DNA from: a virus
Taxonomy: Duplodnaviria; Caudoviricetes
Direction: 5' to 3' (one strand)
DNA length: 33,784 nt
IMG/VR virus record: IMGVR_UViG_3300020045_014749
Coordinates: 1-33,784 of that record
Shown: one piece after another, positions 7,319 to 16,844 of the stretch
How the letters are laid out: every line of letters starts with the position of its first letter
Position numbering within the stretch: the stretch's first letter is position 1
The notes under the pieces: generated by a model
The model's input: only the letters and a program-made list of their open reading frames with translations
Told to the model about the DNA's origin: nothing
The model's database searches: none
Made by a program: the position numbers and the translations under genes

Positions 7319-8943
7319 AACCCTTTTCCTTGCGCATAGGCCGCGAGACGGTCGTGATCGAACCGACCCTAGCCGATCGCGTCGTCAACTATTTCAGCCC
7401 GGAGCGGGGCGTCCACCGTATGCGCGCCCGTGCCCAGATGGCAATTGTCGGCGGCTACACCGGCGCCCGGCGCGACCGCAAACAGACCTCCTCCTGGAAC
7501 CCCGGAGACGGCGACGCCGATTCGGTAATCCTTTATGATCTGCCCGAACTGCGTGACCGCTCCCGCGACCTGGAGCGCAATTCACCCATTGCCGCCGGCG
7601 CCATCAACACCAAGGTCACCAACGTAGTCGGTACCGGCCTCAAGCCCCGCGCCGCGATTGACCGCGAAATTCTTTCCGGCCTCACTGAAGAACAGGCCGA
7701 TGCCTGGGAGCGGATGGCGGAAGCGGAGTTCCGGCTGGCCACGTCCGGCAAAACGTTCGATGTCGAGCACCAGTTCAGCTTTTACCAGTCACAGGATATC
7801 GTCTTTCGCTCCATGTTGTCGGCGGGAGACACCTTCGTCAATCTGCCCCGCATCCCTCGCCCGGGGAATCCCTACACCCTCCGGACAAATTTTATCGAAG
7901 CGGACCGCGTCTGCAATCCCAATTCACGGGCCGACACGGCAACCATGGTGGCCGGTGTCGAAAAAGACAGCCACGGCGCCCCGGTAAAATACCATATTGC
8001 CAAGTTCCACCCCGGCAATCTCCGCTATACCAAAAAACGGGAATGGATGGAACTGAAAGCCGTTGACTCTGAAGGCCGCCGTCTGGTGCTGCACGTCTAT
8101 CGCAAACGGCGGATCGGTCAGACCCGTGGCGTGCCCGACCTCGCCCCGGTGGTCGAGCTGATCAAGCAGTTCAGCACCTACACCGACAACGAAATCCAGG
8201 CCGCCGTGGTTTCCTCGCTGCTCACCGTGGTTGTCAAGTCCAGCAACCCGAACCCCGAACTGGTTGACCAGGACGAAAAAGCCAAGGAACGGATTGACAC
8301 GGAGGGGATCAAGCTCGGCTCCGGATCCGTCATCGGGCTCTGGCCGGATGAGGATATCAGTATTGTCGATCCGAAGCGGCCCAACGTCGCCGCCCAGGCG
8401 TTTCTGCACGCCATGGCCGAACAGATCGGCGTGGCAATCGAGATGCCCTTTGAGATCCTGGTCAAACATTTCACATCGTCATACTCCGCCGCGCAGGCCG
8501 CCCTGCTGGAGTTCTGGCGCTACGTCCTTTCCTGCCGTTTCTGGCTGGCCGCCGATTACTGCCAGCCGATCTGGGAACTGGTGATTACCGAAGCCGTCGC
8601 CCTGGGGCGGCTGCCCGCGCCCGGCTTCCTCAATGATCCGCTGATCCGCATGGCGTACCTCGGCTGTGAATGGGTTGGCGATGCCCGCGGGCACATCGAT
8701 GAAAACAAGGCAGTCACCGCCGCCGCCAAACGGGTCGCCGAAGGATTCTCCACCAAGGCGAGGGAAACATCCGGCCTTACCGGCGGCGATTGGGAGCGCG
8801 ACGAAAAACAGCGGACCAAGGAACAGAAAATCGAGGGTCCGCGTGTTGCCGCAACGGTGCGGGCCGAAACACCACCGGCGCCGGAACCGTCAGCCGCGGA
8901 TCTCGACGCCGCCGATAATGCCAACAAGGAGGATGCTCCATAA
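7315..8943 (+). CDS. Portal protein, lambda family
   Basis: LRDRSRDLERNS, VVGTGL, IEADR, RIGQTRGVP, SSYSAAQAALLE; TTG start inferred from the overlap with the upstream stop. Confidence 0.93.
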   Translation: MKPFSLRIGRETVVIEPTLADRVVNYFSPERGVHRMRARAQMAIVGGYTGARRDRKQTSSWNPGDGDADSVILYDLPELRDRSRDLERNSPIAAGAINTKVTNVVGTGLKPRAAIDREILSGLTEEQADAWERMAEAEFRLATSGKTFDVEHQFSFYQSQDIVFRSMLSAGDTFVNLPRIPRPGNPYTLRTNFIEADRVCNPNSRADTATMVAGVEKDSHGAPVKYHIAKFHPGNLRYTKKREWMELKAVDSEGRRLVLHVYRKRRIGQTRGVPDLAPVVELIKQFSTYTDNEIQAAVVSSLLTVVVKSSNPNPELVDQDEKAKERIDTEGIKLGSGSVIGLWPDEDISIVDPKRPNVAAQAFLHAMAEQIGVAIEMPFEILVKHFTSSYSAAQAALLEFWRYVLSCRFWLAADYCQPIWELVITEAVALGRLPAPGFLNDPLIRMAYLGCEWVGDARGHIDENKAVTAAAKRVAEGFSTKARETSGLTGGDWERDEKQRTKEQKIEGPRVAATVRAETPPAPEPSAADLDAADNANKEDAP

Positions 8944-10418
8944 TGCGAAACATGCGCGTTGCCGAACTGCTCTTCAACCGCCCGTTGATGATCGCGGAAT
9001 CAAAACTGAACGTCATCCTGCACGCCCTCGGCCCCCGTTTCAACCTGGACCTGGCCTCGATACCGGTGCAGGAGGCCGCCGTATTATCGGACCAGGACCG
9101 CGCCCGCTCCGGATACTACGTCCGCGACGGCGTTGCCGTGGTCGGCATCTACGGCCCGCTGCTGCATCGCGTCATGGCATCCGATTACCCCAGCGGCGGC
9201 CCGACAACGTACGGTGAGATCCGCAAGTCATTCGACACCGCCCTTGCCGATGACGGCGTCCGTTCGGTGTTGCTCGATATCGACTCCTGCGGCGGTGAGG
9301 TGTGCGGCGTATTCGACCTGGCCGACCATATCTATCAGTCCCGCGCCCTGAAACCGATCACCGCCGTCTGCAACGAATCGGCCTACAGCGCGGCTTATCT
9401 GCTGGCCAGCTCGGCCGGTCGGATCATCGTGCCACGCACCGGCGGCGCCGGGTCGATCGGCGTTGTCGCCACTCATGTCGATTTCTCCCGGGCGGAAGAC
9501 AGCGCGGGCATAACCGTCACCCATATTTATGCCGGGGCCCGCAAGGTCATGGGCACTCCGCACCAGCCGCTGTCCAGTGATGCCTTCAACGAAATCCAGG
9601 CCGGCGTGATGGAGACATACGACCTGTTCGTATCGACCGTGGCCCGCAACCGTGGTGTTGCGGAAAGCGTTGTGCGCAACACGGAAGCCGGCTGTTTTGT
9701 CGGCAAAAAAGCGGTTGCCATCGGCCTGGCCGATGAAGTCGCCCCGGCAGACCATGCCATTCAGATCGCCCGTAAGGGGGGTAATAAGCAACACCACAAA
9801 ATGTCAGCCGTAACAGCGGCGACGGAAAAGGAGGAAACGATGAATAAGGAAACACTGAAGGAGAATCACCCCGCCCTTTACCAGTCCATTCTGGATGAAG
9901 GCAGGACCTCCACCACTGCCGCTGCTATGGGTGGCGGTGGTCCCATGTGTGCAACATGCTCGTGCAAGGATTGCGAAGGGGGCGATTGCACCACATGCAC
10001 CAAGAACCCGCACGAAGCCGCCGCATTCAACCGTGGGGCGACTGCGGAGCGGGCGCGTATCCAGGGTGTCGAAGCATCCTGCATGCCCGGCCACGAAAAG
10101 CTGATTGCCGAACTGAAGTTCGACGGTAAAACCACCGCCGGAGAAGCGGCACTGCAGATCATCGGCGCGGAAAACCAGCTGCGCGCCGGGGCGCTGTCAG
10201 CGCTGAAAGGTGAGGCAAACGCTGTAGTTGCAGGTGTTGAAACCAGCGCAACCGGCGAGGTAACCGACGTTACCGAAGCAACCGGCACCATCGAAGAGCA
10301 GGCCAAAGCCGAATGGGATAAATCGCCCGAACTGGCTCAGGAGTTCCGTAACTTTGACGGCTACCTGGCCTATCGCAAAGCCTCAGCGGCCGGTACCGCC
10401 AAGGTGCTCAAAAAATAA
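8943..10418 (+). CDS. S49 prohead protease (gpC-like) with C-terminal scaffold
   Basis: LDIDSCGG, AYSAAY, GSIGVV, GLADEV. Confidence 0.92.
   Translation: MRNMRVAELLFNRPLMIAESKLNVILHALGPRFNLDLASIPVQEAAVLSDQDRARSGYYVRDGVAVVGIYGPLLHRVMASDYPSGGPTTYGEIRKSFDTALADDGVRSVLLDIDSCGGEVCGVFDLADHIYQSRALKPITAVCNESAYSAAYLLASSAGRIIVPRTGGAGSIGVVATHVDFSRAEDSAGITVTHIYAGARKVMGTPHQPLSSDAFNEIQAGVMETYDLFVSTVARNRGVAESVVRNTEAGCFVGKKAVAIGLADEVAPADHAIQIARKGGNKQHHKMSAVTAATEKEETMNKETLKENHPALYQSILDEGRTSTTAAAMGGGGPMCATCSCKDCEGGDCTTCTKNPHEAAAFNRGATAERARIQGVEASCMPGHEKLIAELKFDGKTTAGEAALQIIGAENQLRAGALSALKGEANAVVAGVETSATGEVTDVTEATGTIEEQAKAEWDKSPELAQEFRNFDGYLAYRKASAAGTAKVLKK
9840..10418 (+). CDS. Nested in-frame scaffold protein (Nu3-like)
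   Basis: Strong internal RBS AAGGAGG before in-frame ATG 9840; AERARIQGV motif. Confidence 0.7.
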   Translation: MNKETLKENHPALYQSILDEGRTSTTAAAMGGGGPMCATCSCKDCEGGDCTTCTKNPHEAAAFNRGATAERARIQGVEASCMPGHEKLIAELKFDGKTTAGEAALQIIGAENQLRAGALSALKGEANAVVAGVETSATGEVTDVTEATGTIEEQAKAEWDKSPELAQEFRNFDGYLAYRKASAAGTAKVLKK

Positions 10419-10457
10419 CAACCACTGCCGAACCAATAAAAAACGGAGGTAACAATC

Positions 10458-11018
10458 ATGGCAACACTCGCAGCAGATAAATCCCGCGCTTATGAGCTGG
10501 GAGAACACAACGACCTGCCGGTCATCGCCGCCGATATCATTTATGAAGGCTCCGCCGTCGGCGACAATGGCGCCGGCTATGCCCGCCCGCTTGTAGCAGG
10601 CGACCCGTTCCGCGGCTTTGCTTTTGCCAAAGCCGATAACTCTGCCGGAGCCGCCGGCGACATCAATGTCCGCGTCCGCCGTTGCGGTGACATCGTACTC
10701 CCTATTGCCGCCCTGGCTATCACCGATGTCGGCAAGGATGTCTACGCTTCCGATGACGACACCTTTACCCTCACGCAATCAACCAATACCCGTATCGGTA
10801 AGGTCAAGCGTTTTATTGCCACCGGTTCCGGAGTGGTTTGTTTCTGTGAATCAAACGGCGGCGCACAGGTTGCCGAGATCACCGACAGCACCGGCGGGGT
10901 AGTTTCCGACACGATCGCCAACACTGCCGGAGCGGCACCGACAACCGCCGAATTCGAAAACGCCGTTGCCAGTATTGTGGACAAGATCAATTACCTGATC
11001 CGCCGTCTGGGCAATTAA
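10458..11018 (+). CDS. Capsid decoration/cement protein
   Basis: Between protease and capsid; LPVIAADIIYEGSAV, DVGKDVYASDDDT. Confidence 0.75.
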   Translation: MATLAADKSRAYELGEHNDLPVIAADIIYEGSAVGDNGAGYARPLVAGDPFRGFAFAKADNSAGAAGDINVRVRRCGDIVLPIAALAITDVGKDVYASDDDTFTLTQSTNTRIGKVKRFIATGSGVVCFCESNGGAQVAEITDSTGGVVSDTIANTAGAAPTTAEFENAVASIVDKINYLIRRLGN

Positions 11019-11020
11019 CA

Positions 11021-11049
11021 CCAGGGCGGGTCACGGACCGCGCCCCTAC
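11021..11049 (-). repeat. GTAG-type REP-like palindrome, copy 2
   Basis: Minus strand GTAGGGGCGCGGTCCGTGACCCGCCCTGG. Confidence 0.65.
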
Positions 11050-11080
11050 AAAAACCACCATCTGAAAGGAGATTATTAAT

Positions 11081-12025
11081 ATGGGAGCATCAGGACTTTC
11101 TTCCCGCGCCATCATTGGCGAGTATTTCGCCCGCCTCGAACAGAATACCGGGGTTGGCTATGTCAACGTAATCGGCACTGAGCCGTTTCCCTCCGACCAG
11201 GCATCCGAAGAGTATAAGTGGCTGGGTCAGTCGCCTTCGCCCCGTGAATGGGTCGGCGGGCGTCAGGCAAAGGGCCTCTCCGAAAACGGTGTCATCATCA
11301 AGAACAAGAAATTCGAGTCCACCCTCGAAATTTCCTGCGATGACATCCGTCGCGACAAGACCACCCAGATCATGACCCGCGTCCGTGAGATGGCCGATCG
11401 CGACAACGCCCACTGGGCAAAACTCATGTGTGCCGCCATCATCGCCGGTGAATCCACCGTTTGTTACGACGGCCAGTATTTTTTCGATACCGACCACGCA
11501 GAGGGGGACAGCGGCGCACAGTCCAACGATTTGACCTCCGATGTCACGACAACCGCCGCGCCGACCGCCGGAGAATTCTCCGGCGCGATCCTCAAGAGCA
11601 TCGAGGGCATCCTCGGCTTTGTCGATAACACCGGCGAACCGATGAACGAAGAGGCCCTGGAATTCCTGGTTATGGTCCCGGTCGGGTTCCTCTCCGCCGC
11701 AGCCGCCGCTATCGGCAGCGAGATCATCATCGACGGCAGCACCAGCCGTACCAACACCATCATCACCGCCGGCGCCCTGGGAGGCTTCAAGGTCGGTCTG
11801 CGCGCAACCCCTCGCCTCAACTGGACCACCAAGTTCGCCACCTTCCGTGCCGACGGCAACGTCAAGCCGATCATCCGCCAGGAAGAAGTCCCGCTGCAAC
11901 TCTCCGCAGTTGCTGAAGGCTCCGAACTGGAGTTCAACGAGGACAAGTGGCGTTTCGGCACCAAGGCCATCCGCAACGTCGGTTACGGTTACTGGCAGCA
12001 TGCCGCACTGACCACATTCACCTGA
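11081..12025 (+). CDS. Major capsid protein, Mu gpT-like
   Basis: YKWLGQSPSPREWVG, NKKFESTL, CYDGQYFFDTDH, GYGYWQHA. Confidence 0.9.
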   Translation: MGASGLSSRAIIGEYFARLEQNTGVGYVNVIGTEPFPSDQASEEYKWLGQSPSPREWVGGRQAKGLSENGVIIKNKKFESTLEISCDDIRRDKTTQIMTRVREMADRDNAHWAKLMCAAIIAGESTVCYDGQYFFDTDHAEGDSGAQSNDLTSDVTTTAAPTAGEFSGAILKSIEGILGFVDNTGEPMNEEALEFLVMVPVGFLSAAAAAIGSEIIIDGSTSRTNTIITAGALGGFKVGLRATPRLNWTTKFATFRADGNVKPIIRQEEVPLQLSAVAEGSELEFNEDKWRFGTKAIRNVGYGYWQHAALTTFT

Positions 12026-12032
12026 TCTTGAT

Positions 12033-12060
12033 CGCCGGGGTGGCTCACTCCACCCCGGCG
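12033..12060 (+). terminator. Strong hairpin after the capsid gene (attenuator or mRNA stabiliser)
   Basis: CGCCGGGGTGG-ctcact-CCACCCCGGCG, an 11-bp stem with a weak U-tail. Confidence 0.55.
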
Positions 12061-12090
12061 CTTGTCAGATCCATATTCAAAGGAGTTTCC

Positions 12091-12366
12091 ATGCAGCGCT
12101 ATATCATAATAGCCATAGCAGCAAGCTTCAGCAGCGGCATACTGGAGTTGACACCTGATCAGGCATCCAGCCGCGCCCACGCCCTCACGCCCCTGGGCGA
12201 CGGGTTGTACGAAGTTACCCAGCCGGTGCAGTTCAAGAACGGTGAAGTGGTCGGCTTTGACGGCGACACCAACAAGGCCCTGCTGCAATTGGTAGAGCCG
12301 ATCGAAGCAAATCTCGGCAAATCTTCAATCTCCGGCAAAACATCAGCCAAAAACAAAAAGCGGTAA
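12091..12366 (+). CDS. Hypothetical head-associated protein
   Basis: AAGGAG RBS before ATG 12091; synteny. Confidence 0.65.
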   Translation: MQRYIIIAIAASFSSGILELTPDQASSRAHALTPLGDGLYEVTQPVQFKNGEVVGFDGDTNKALLQLVEPIEANLGKSSISGKTSAKNKKR

Positions 12367-12668
12367 TGCAATTCGAAGCCGCCGACATAGCCGACATCCT
12401 CGATACCACCGGCGAGGATGTCGCGGTGAAACTGAACGGAGTCACGGTCAAGACCATCCGCGCAAAGTTCCGCAAGGACTTCAGCCTGGCGTCTCCTTTT
12501 GAGGCTGAAGTCGGCAAACTCGACATATCGTTCATGTGCGCCTCGGCAGATATGGTGGATGTCACCAGCAGCAACACGTTTCTGGTCCGCGATGTTGAAT
12601 ACCGGCTGGATAAAAAACCACAAGACCTGTCATCCGGATTCACCAGGGTGACATTGGCGAAAAAATGA
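12366..12668 (+). CDS. Head-tail joining/closure protein
   Basis: Size, position, predicted beta-rich; stop/start coupling. Confidence 0.65.
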   Translation: MQFEAADIADILDTTGEDVAVKLNGVTVKTIRAKFRKDFSLASPFEAEVGKLDISFMCASADMVDVTSSNTFLVRDVEYRLDKKPQDLSSGFTRVTLAKK

Positions 12669-13117
12669 CCACTCAAGCCCTGATCGATACCTACATCGCC
12701 GCGCTGCTGGAGACAATCACCATCGCCAACGGCTACCAGACCGACGCCGGTGCCAGTGTCTATAAAGATCTGGAGTACACCGCGCACCCGGACGTCATGC
12801 CGTCAATCGCCTGGTTCCCCGGCGCGCTGCAATCCGGGGCCGAGGTCGGGCCGGTACCGCCCGAAATGGGCGAACAGAACCATCTGTATCCCATGTCCTG
12901 GGAAGGGTTCATCGCCGACGATCTGGACGGGGCCGAAGGGCGCAAGCTCAAGGCCGATCTGATCAAGGCGCTCTACAGCGACTACCGTTTCGGCGGCCTG
13001 ATCGAAGTGCTGGACGGCTGCAAATCCTCGGTGGCCGTGCAGAACGGAGATGAAATTTTCAGCGTCGTGCAGGTCAGCTTCACCATTTTCTATGTAACGC
13101 CTTACGGACAGGAGTGA
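12665..13117 (+). CDS. Tail terminator-like protein
   Basis: LETITIANGYQTDAG motif; position. Confidence 0.65.
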   Translation: MTTQALIDTYIAALLETITIANGYQTDAGASVYKDLEYTAHPDVMPSIAWFPGALQSGAEVGPVPPEMGEQNHLYPMSWEGFIADDLDGAEGRKLKADLIKALYSDYRFGGLIEVLDGCKSSVAVQNGDEIFSVVQVSFTIFYVTPYGQE

Positions 13118-13350
13118 GCATGCCTGAAAATATCAATGGAATACTCTGGTGGGCGTTAAATGGTGCGATCCTGATCGTCGCCGCGTACATCAAAGCCGAC
13201 CTGAAGGACATCAAGCACAATTTGCAATCCGCTCATGACCGTTACGACAACCACGAGACACGCATCGTGCGGCTGGAAGTGAGTTGTAAACTGCGCCACG
13301 GGAGTGATGAACATTTTCATTCTCGTATATCCGACATAGGGGGCAACTGA
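13114..13350 (+). CDS. Single-TM membrane protein (holin/antiholin-like)
   Basis: N-terminal TM plus coiled coil (HETRIVRLE), directly before the endolysin. Confidence 0.55.
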   Translation: MSMPENINGILWWALNGAILIVAAYIKADLKDIKHNLQSAHDRYDNHETRIVRLEVSCKLRHGSDEHFHSRISDIGGN

Positions 13351-13772
13351 TGAAACCACGCGGCATCATCATCCATCACAGTCTCACCAAAGACGGCAAA
13401 ACCGTCGATTGGGACGGCATCAAGCGCTATCACATGCAGGAAAAAGGCTGGGTTGATATCGGTTACCACGCCGGGGTGGAACGCATCAGCGGTGTGCTCA
13501 CTTCCCTGACCGGCCGCCCGCTCGATATGCCAGGTGCCCACTGCGTCGGCCACAACGATTGTATCGGCATCTGCGTTGTCGGGAATTTTGACCAGGCCGC
13601 GCCGGACAACGAAACCCTGCGCTATGCCGCCGCACTGACGGCCGGATATCTACGGATGTTCGAACTGCCGATCGCGACCGTCGAGCCGCATAACAAGTAC
13701 GCCCCCAAAAGCTGCCCCGGCCTCAAGTTTCCGTTCAGCTATTTCTTGGGCATGGTTCAGGAGGCGCTTTAA
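13350..13772 (+). CDS. Endolysin, N-acetylmuramoyl-L-alanine amidase (Amidase_2)
   Basis: IIIHHS, DIGYH, GAHC, IGICVVGNF, H...KSCPG Zn ligands. Confidence 0.92.
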   Translation: MKPRGIIIHHSLTKDGKTVDWDGIKRYHMQEKGWVDIGYHAGVERISGVLTSLTGRPLDMPGAHCVGHNDCIGICVVGNFDQAAPDNETLRYAAALTAGYLRMFELPIATVEPHNKYAPKSCPGLKFPFSYFLGMVQEAL

Positions 13773-13790
13773 AAACTGGTTTCAGCTTCA

Positions 13791-13852
13791 GGATTACTCA
13801 GGATTCTTTAAAGCCTTTCGGATTTTAAATCCAGAGTAATCCAGGGTAATCC
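13791..13852. repeat. Intergenic inverted repeat built from GGATT/AATCC units
   Basis: GGATTACTCAGGATT...AATCCAGAGTAATCC plus an extra GGGTAATCC. Confidence 0.6.
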
Positions 13853-13878
13853 CGAGGCTAAAAAAAAGGAAGGTTTTT

Positions 13879-14358
13879 ATGAGCATCATCTCCGACATAT
13901 TTTCCGGCGGCGCCGAAGGTGTCCTCAAGGGCGTCGGCTCCCTGGCCAAAGACATCCGCACCGCCATCACCGGCGACGATCCGCTCACCGCCGAACAAAA
14001 ACTGAAGCTGTCCGAAATGGCCTCCGCCCTGGAAGTTGCCGCCCTGGCCGCCGATGTTGAGGTGATCAAGGGGCAGGCCGCCATCAACATGGAGGAAGCC
14101 AAAAGCGACAGCCTGTTCAAGTCGGGCTGGCGTCCGGCGGTCGGCTGGGTCTGTGTGGCCGGATTGGCATTCACCTTCGTGGTTAAGCCGCTGCTCCCCT
14201 GGGTGATCCAGGCTGGCTGCCAACTGTTCGGCTATGTTTCCACCATGCCGCCGATGCCCGATATCCCCATGGGCGACCTGATCACGCTGCTGGTCGGTAT
14301 GCTCGGCCTGGGCGGCATGCGCACTTTCGAAAAGATCCGCGGCGTCCCCGCAAAATAA
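13879..14358 (+). CDS. Holin (3TM/GTA-holin-like family)
   Basis: INMEEAKSDSLFKSGWRPAVGWVC...MLGLGGMRTFEK. Confidence 0.85.
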   Translation: MSIISDIFSGGAEGVLKGVGSLAKDIRTAITGDDPLTAEQKLKLSEMASALEVAALAADVEVIKGQAAINMEEAKSDSLFKSGWRPAVGWVCVAGLAFTFVVKPLLPWVIQAGCQLFGYVSTMPPMPDIPMGDLITLLVGMLGLGGMRTFEKIRGVPAK

Positions 14359-14369
14359 AGGAGCACACC

Positions 14370-14537
14370 ATGAATATCACCGTCACCGGCAAAGGTAACC
14401 TCGGTTACTCCCCTAAGTTCGGGGAGATACTCGAAGGCCAGGAATACACCATCGCAGAAGAGGATTTCGCCCCGGAGCTGTTTAATCTCCCCGGCAAAAA
14501 ACAAAATAACAACCCGAAGGGAGGGGATGAAAAATGA
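14370..14537 (+). CDS. Small hypothetical protein (55 aa)
   Basis: Not in the ORF track; AAGGAG RBS, MNITVTGKGNLGYSPKFGE..., ATGA overlap with the next gene. Confidence 0.6.
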   Translation: MNITVTGKGNLGYSPKFGEILEGQEYTIAEEDFAPELFNLPGKKQNNNPKGGDEK

Positions 14538-15589
14538 GCAACGGCGCGGAATTACGATACGGCTTCAAGAAAGCCACCACCTGGAACACCCCGGTTGCCT
14601 GCGGCGCCGGCAACGGCTTCCTCGGCCTCGATCTCGGTCTCAAGGCCGATGCCGGCAGCGTCACCGATGATTCGCGCGGGCAACTGTTCGCCGTCGATGC
14701 CACCTCCGGAGAGGTGAAATGCGACGGGACCGTCCCGGCCTACCTGCGCTACAACGATGGACAGGTGCTGTCGATGATCGCCATGGTCATGGGCACCTCG
14801 GCCGCCCCGGCGCTGCACGCCGCCGGCGCGATCTCCTACGACCACATCATGAAAGTGGCGTTCACCACGGTCGGCCAGTTCGGCACGCTCTGCGGCATGC
14901 TCGGCACCCTCGGGGTCGAGTCGATCCCTTCCTGGAAACCGTCCAAAGTCGTGTTCAAGTGGGATACCGGCAAGCCCTGCCAGGTCACGATCTCCGGACC
15001 CGGCGTCGACGTGGTCCTGGACGGCACCAATACCACCGTCACGTTCAACAACGTGACGATCCTGGAGCGGGCCAATCGCGTCTATGCCGCCCAGACCGAA
15101 CTCCGCATCAACGCCCAGTCCGGCGCCGGTCTGGCCGTCGGCGACAAGGTCGGCTGGTCCTCGATCGAACTGACCTTCGAACGCAAATCCGCCGGTGTCT
15201 ATGGCTCGGTAGTCTCCGCCGACACCGATCCTCGCGACCTGATCGATGAACCGACCGGCGACGGCATGTTCTCCGGCACCCTCAAAATCCAGCAGCCGCG
15301 CACCGCCTCGCTGTCCGCGCGCACGGATCTGAAGAACAACGTCTCCAAGAAGTGCGAAATCATCTGTACCGGCCCGATCATCGAAGGGGCGATCCCGTAC
15401 CTGATCAAGTTCCAGATGCCGCACCTGAAGCCGAAAAGTTACGAGAATCCGTACGCGGCCGGGATCATCCAGAACAGCCGCGAGTTCGACGTGTTGGGGG
15501 CCACCGCCGCGCCGACCGGCATGACCGGTATCACCGACCCGCTCTGGATCAACATCACCAACAAAATCACGACCAGCCTGCTGGCATAG
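14534..15589 (+). CDS. Major tail tube protein
   Basis: 351 aa, Thr/Gly-rich, position; no sheath gene in the window. Confidence 0.7.
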   Translation: MSNGAELRYGFKKATTWNTPVACGAGNGFLGLDLGLKADAGSVTDDSRGQLFAVDATSGEVKCDGTVPAYLRYNDGQVLSMIAMVMGTSAAPALHAAGAISYDHIMKVAFTTVGQFGTLCGMLGTLGVESIPSWKPSKVVFKWDTGKPCQVTISGPGVDVVLDGTNTTVTFNNVTILERANRVYAAQTELRINAQSGAGLAVGDKVGWSSIELTFERKSAGVYGSVVSADTDPRDLIDEPTGDGMFSGTLKIQQPRTASLSARTDLKNNVSKKCEIICTGPIIEGAIPYLIKFQMPHLKPKSYENPYAAGIIQNSREFDVLGATAAPTGMTGITDPLWINITNKITTSLLA

Positions 15590-15598
15590 GGATAAACC

Positions 15599-15952
15599 AT
15601 GGCCGCACGTTTGCCCGACATAGCCATAACCCGTAACGCCGGCTGGTCGAAAGTCCTGGCTTTTTACCGGGACAAAGCCCGCACCCAGCCTGTGGACCTG
15701 ACCGGTTACACCGGCAAGTGCCAGCTGCGGGCGGGAGAGAGCCGCACTTCGGCCCTGCTGGCAGAGATTGCCCTGACGTTCGAGGATCGTGCCAACGGCA
15801 AAATAAAACTGGCCATGACCCTGGCGCAGATATCGGCGCTTGCCGACGGCGAGGGGTGGTTTGACGTGCTGCTGGCCCCCTCCGGCGGTGATCCGGCGCG
15901 GATGTGTTATGCAAAAATGGTAATCGGCGACGGGGTGACCGTATGGCCGTAG
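15599..15952 (+). CDS. Tail/fibre-associated beta-sandwich protein
   Basis: PVDLTGYTGKCQLR...GKIKLAMT...FDVLL pattern common in fibre adaptor proteins. Confidence 0.6.
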   Translation: MAARLPDIAITRNAGWSKVLAFYRDKARTQPVDLTGYTGKCQLRAGESRTSALLAEIALTFEDRANGKIKLAMTLAQISALADGEGWFDVLLAPSGGDPARMCYAKMVIGDGVTVWP

Positions 15953-16362
15953 ATACCATTTATATTGTGGTGGCCGATGACATCGCCGTGGTTGTGGATC
16001 ACAGCGGGTTGCCGGGCCCTCCCGGGGCTGCTCCCGCGTTGATATTCACATACATTAAACCAGGGGCATTGTCAGTGTCCTCCGGAGAGGCGAAACGGAT
16101 CAACGAGGCCTGTGCCCTGACGGGGGGCGTGGTCGAGCTTATTGCTGCGCCCACCGGAGCGGATTTAACCGGTAATGTGCAAAAGAACGGCACAACCATT
16201 GGCACCTTTAGCGTGGCTGCCGGACAGATTGTCGGTATGGTAACAATCACCGCCGGGGATTTGATTGTCGGCGATTATATCTCGTATGACATAACCCAGA
16301 TCGGCTCCGGCACGCCGGGGACACGGTTGTTGATAGAGTTGACGGCTACTGCAGGACTTTAA
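15943..16362 (+). CDS. Putative minor tail/fibre protein
   Basis: Short collagen-like GLPGPPGA; APTGADL...GDYISYDITQIGS. Confidence 0.55.
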   Translation: MAVDTIYIVVADDIAVVVDHSGLPGPPGAAPALIFTYIKPGALSVSSGEAKRINEACALTGGVVELIAAPTGADLTGNVQKNGTTIGTFSVAAGQIVGMVTITAGDLIVGDYISYDITQIGSGTPGTRLLIELTATAGL

Positions 16363-16374
16363 GGGGGGATTAGC

Positions 16375-16842
16375 GTGGCTGATTTAGGATTCCGTATATA
16401 TGTCACAAAAGGCGAGCTAGCCACGATCATGGGGCCGTTGGCCTATGGTTCGGCAAAACGCCAGCTCCGCAGCGGCACGTCACCTCTCGGGGAAACCGGC
16501 CTGGACATCATCGAAATACTGGACGAAAACACCGGCATCTACCTGGACAATCCCGAGGTGACTGCGCTGATAAATGCCTTGGCCGCCGCCGGGATAATCA
16601 CCGCAGTCGTCCGCCAGAAAGTTGCGGATTATGTTTCCGCACAAACTGCGCTCCCTCCCGAAATAACCCCCGGTGTTCTGGCCCCGGCTCAACACCGCTG
16701 GCGCTTGCCCTTCGGCGTAGATCCATCGGATTATTTCACAGCCGCCACTATTTTCCCTGAAATCCCGACCGCCGATGGCTATATCCGTGTCTGGACTGAT
16801 GCCACGGTCAGTACTCATCCTGATGCTGTGATGGAGGTATAA
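16375..16842 (+). CDS. Hypothetical protein
   Basis: RBS AAGGGGG, GTG start, operon packing. Confidence 0.55.
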   Translation: MADLGFRIYVTKGELATIMGPLAYGSAKRQLRSGTSPLGETGLDIIEILDENTGIYLDNPEVTALINALAAAGIITAVVRQKVADYVSAQTALPPEITPGVLAPAQHRWRLPFGVDPSDYFTAATIFPEIPTADGYIRVWTDATVSTHPDAVMEV

Positions 16843-16844
16843 CG

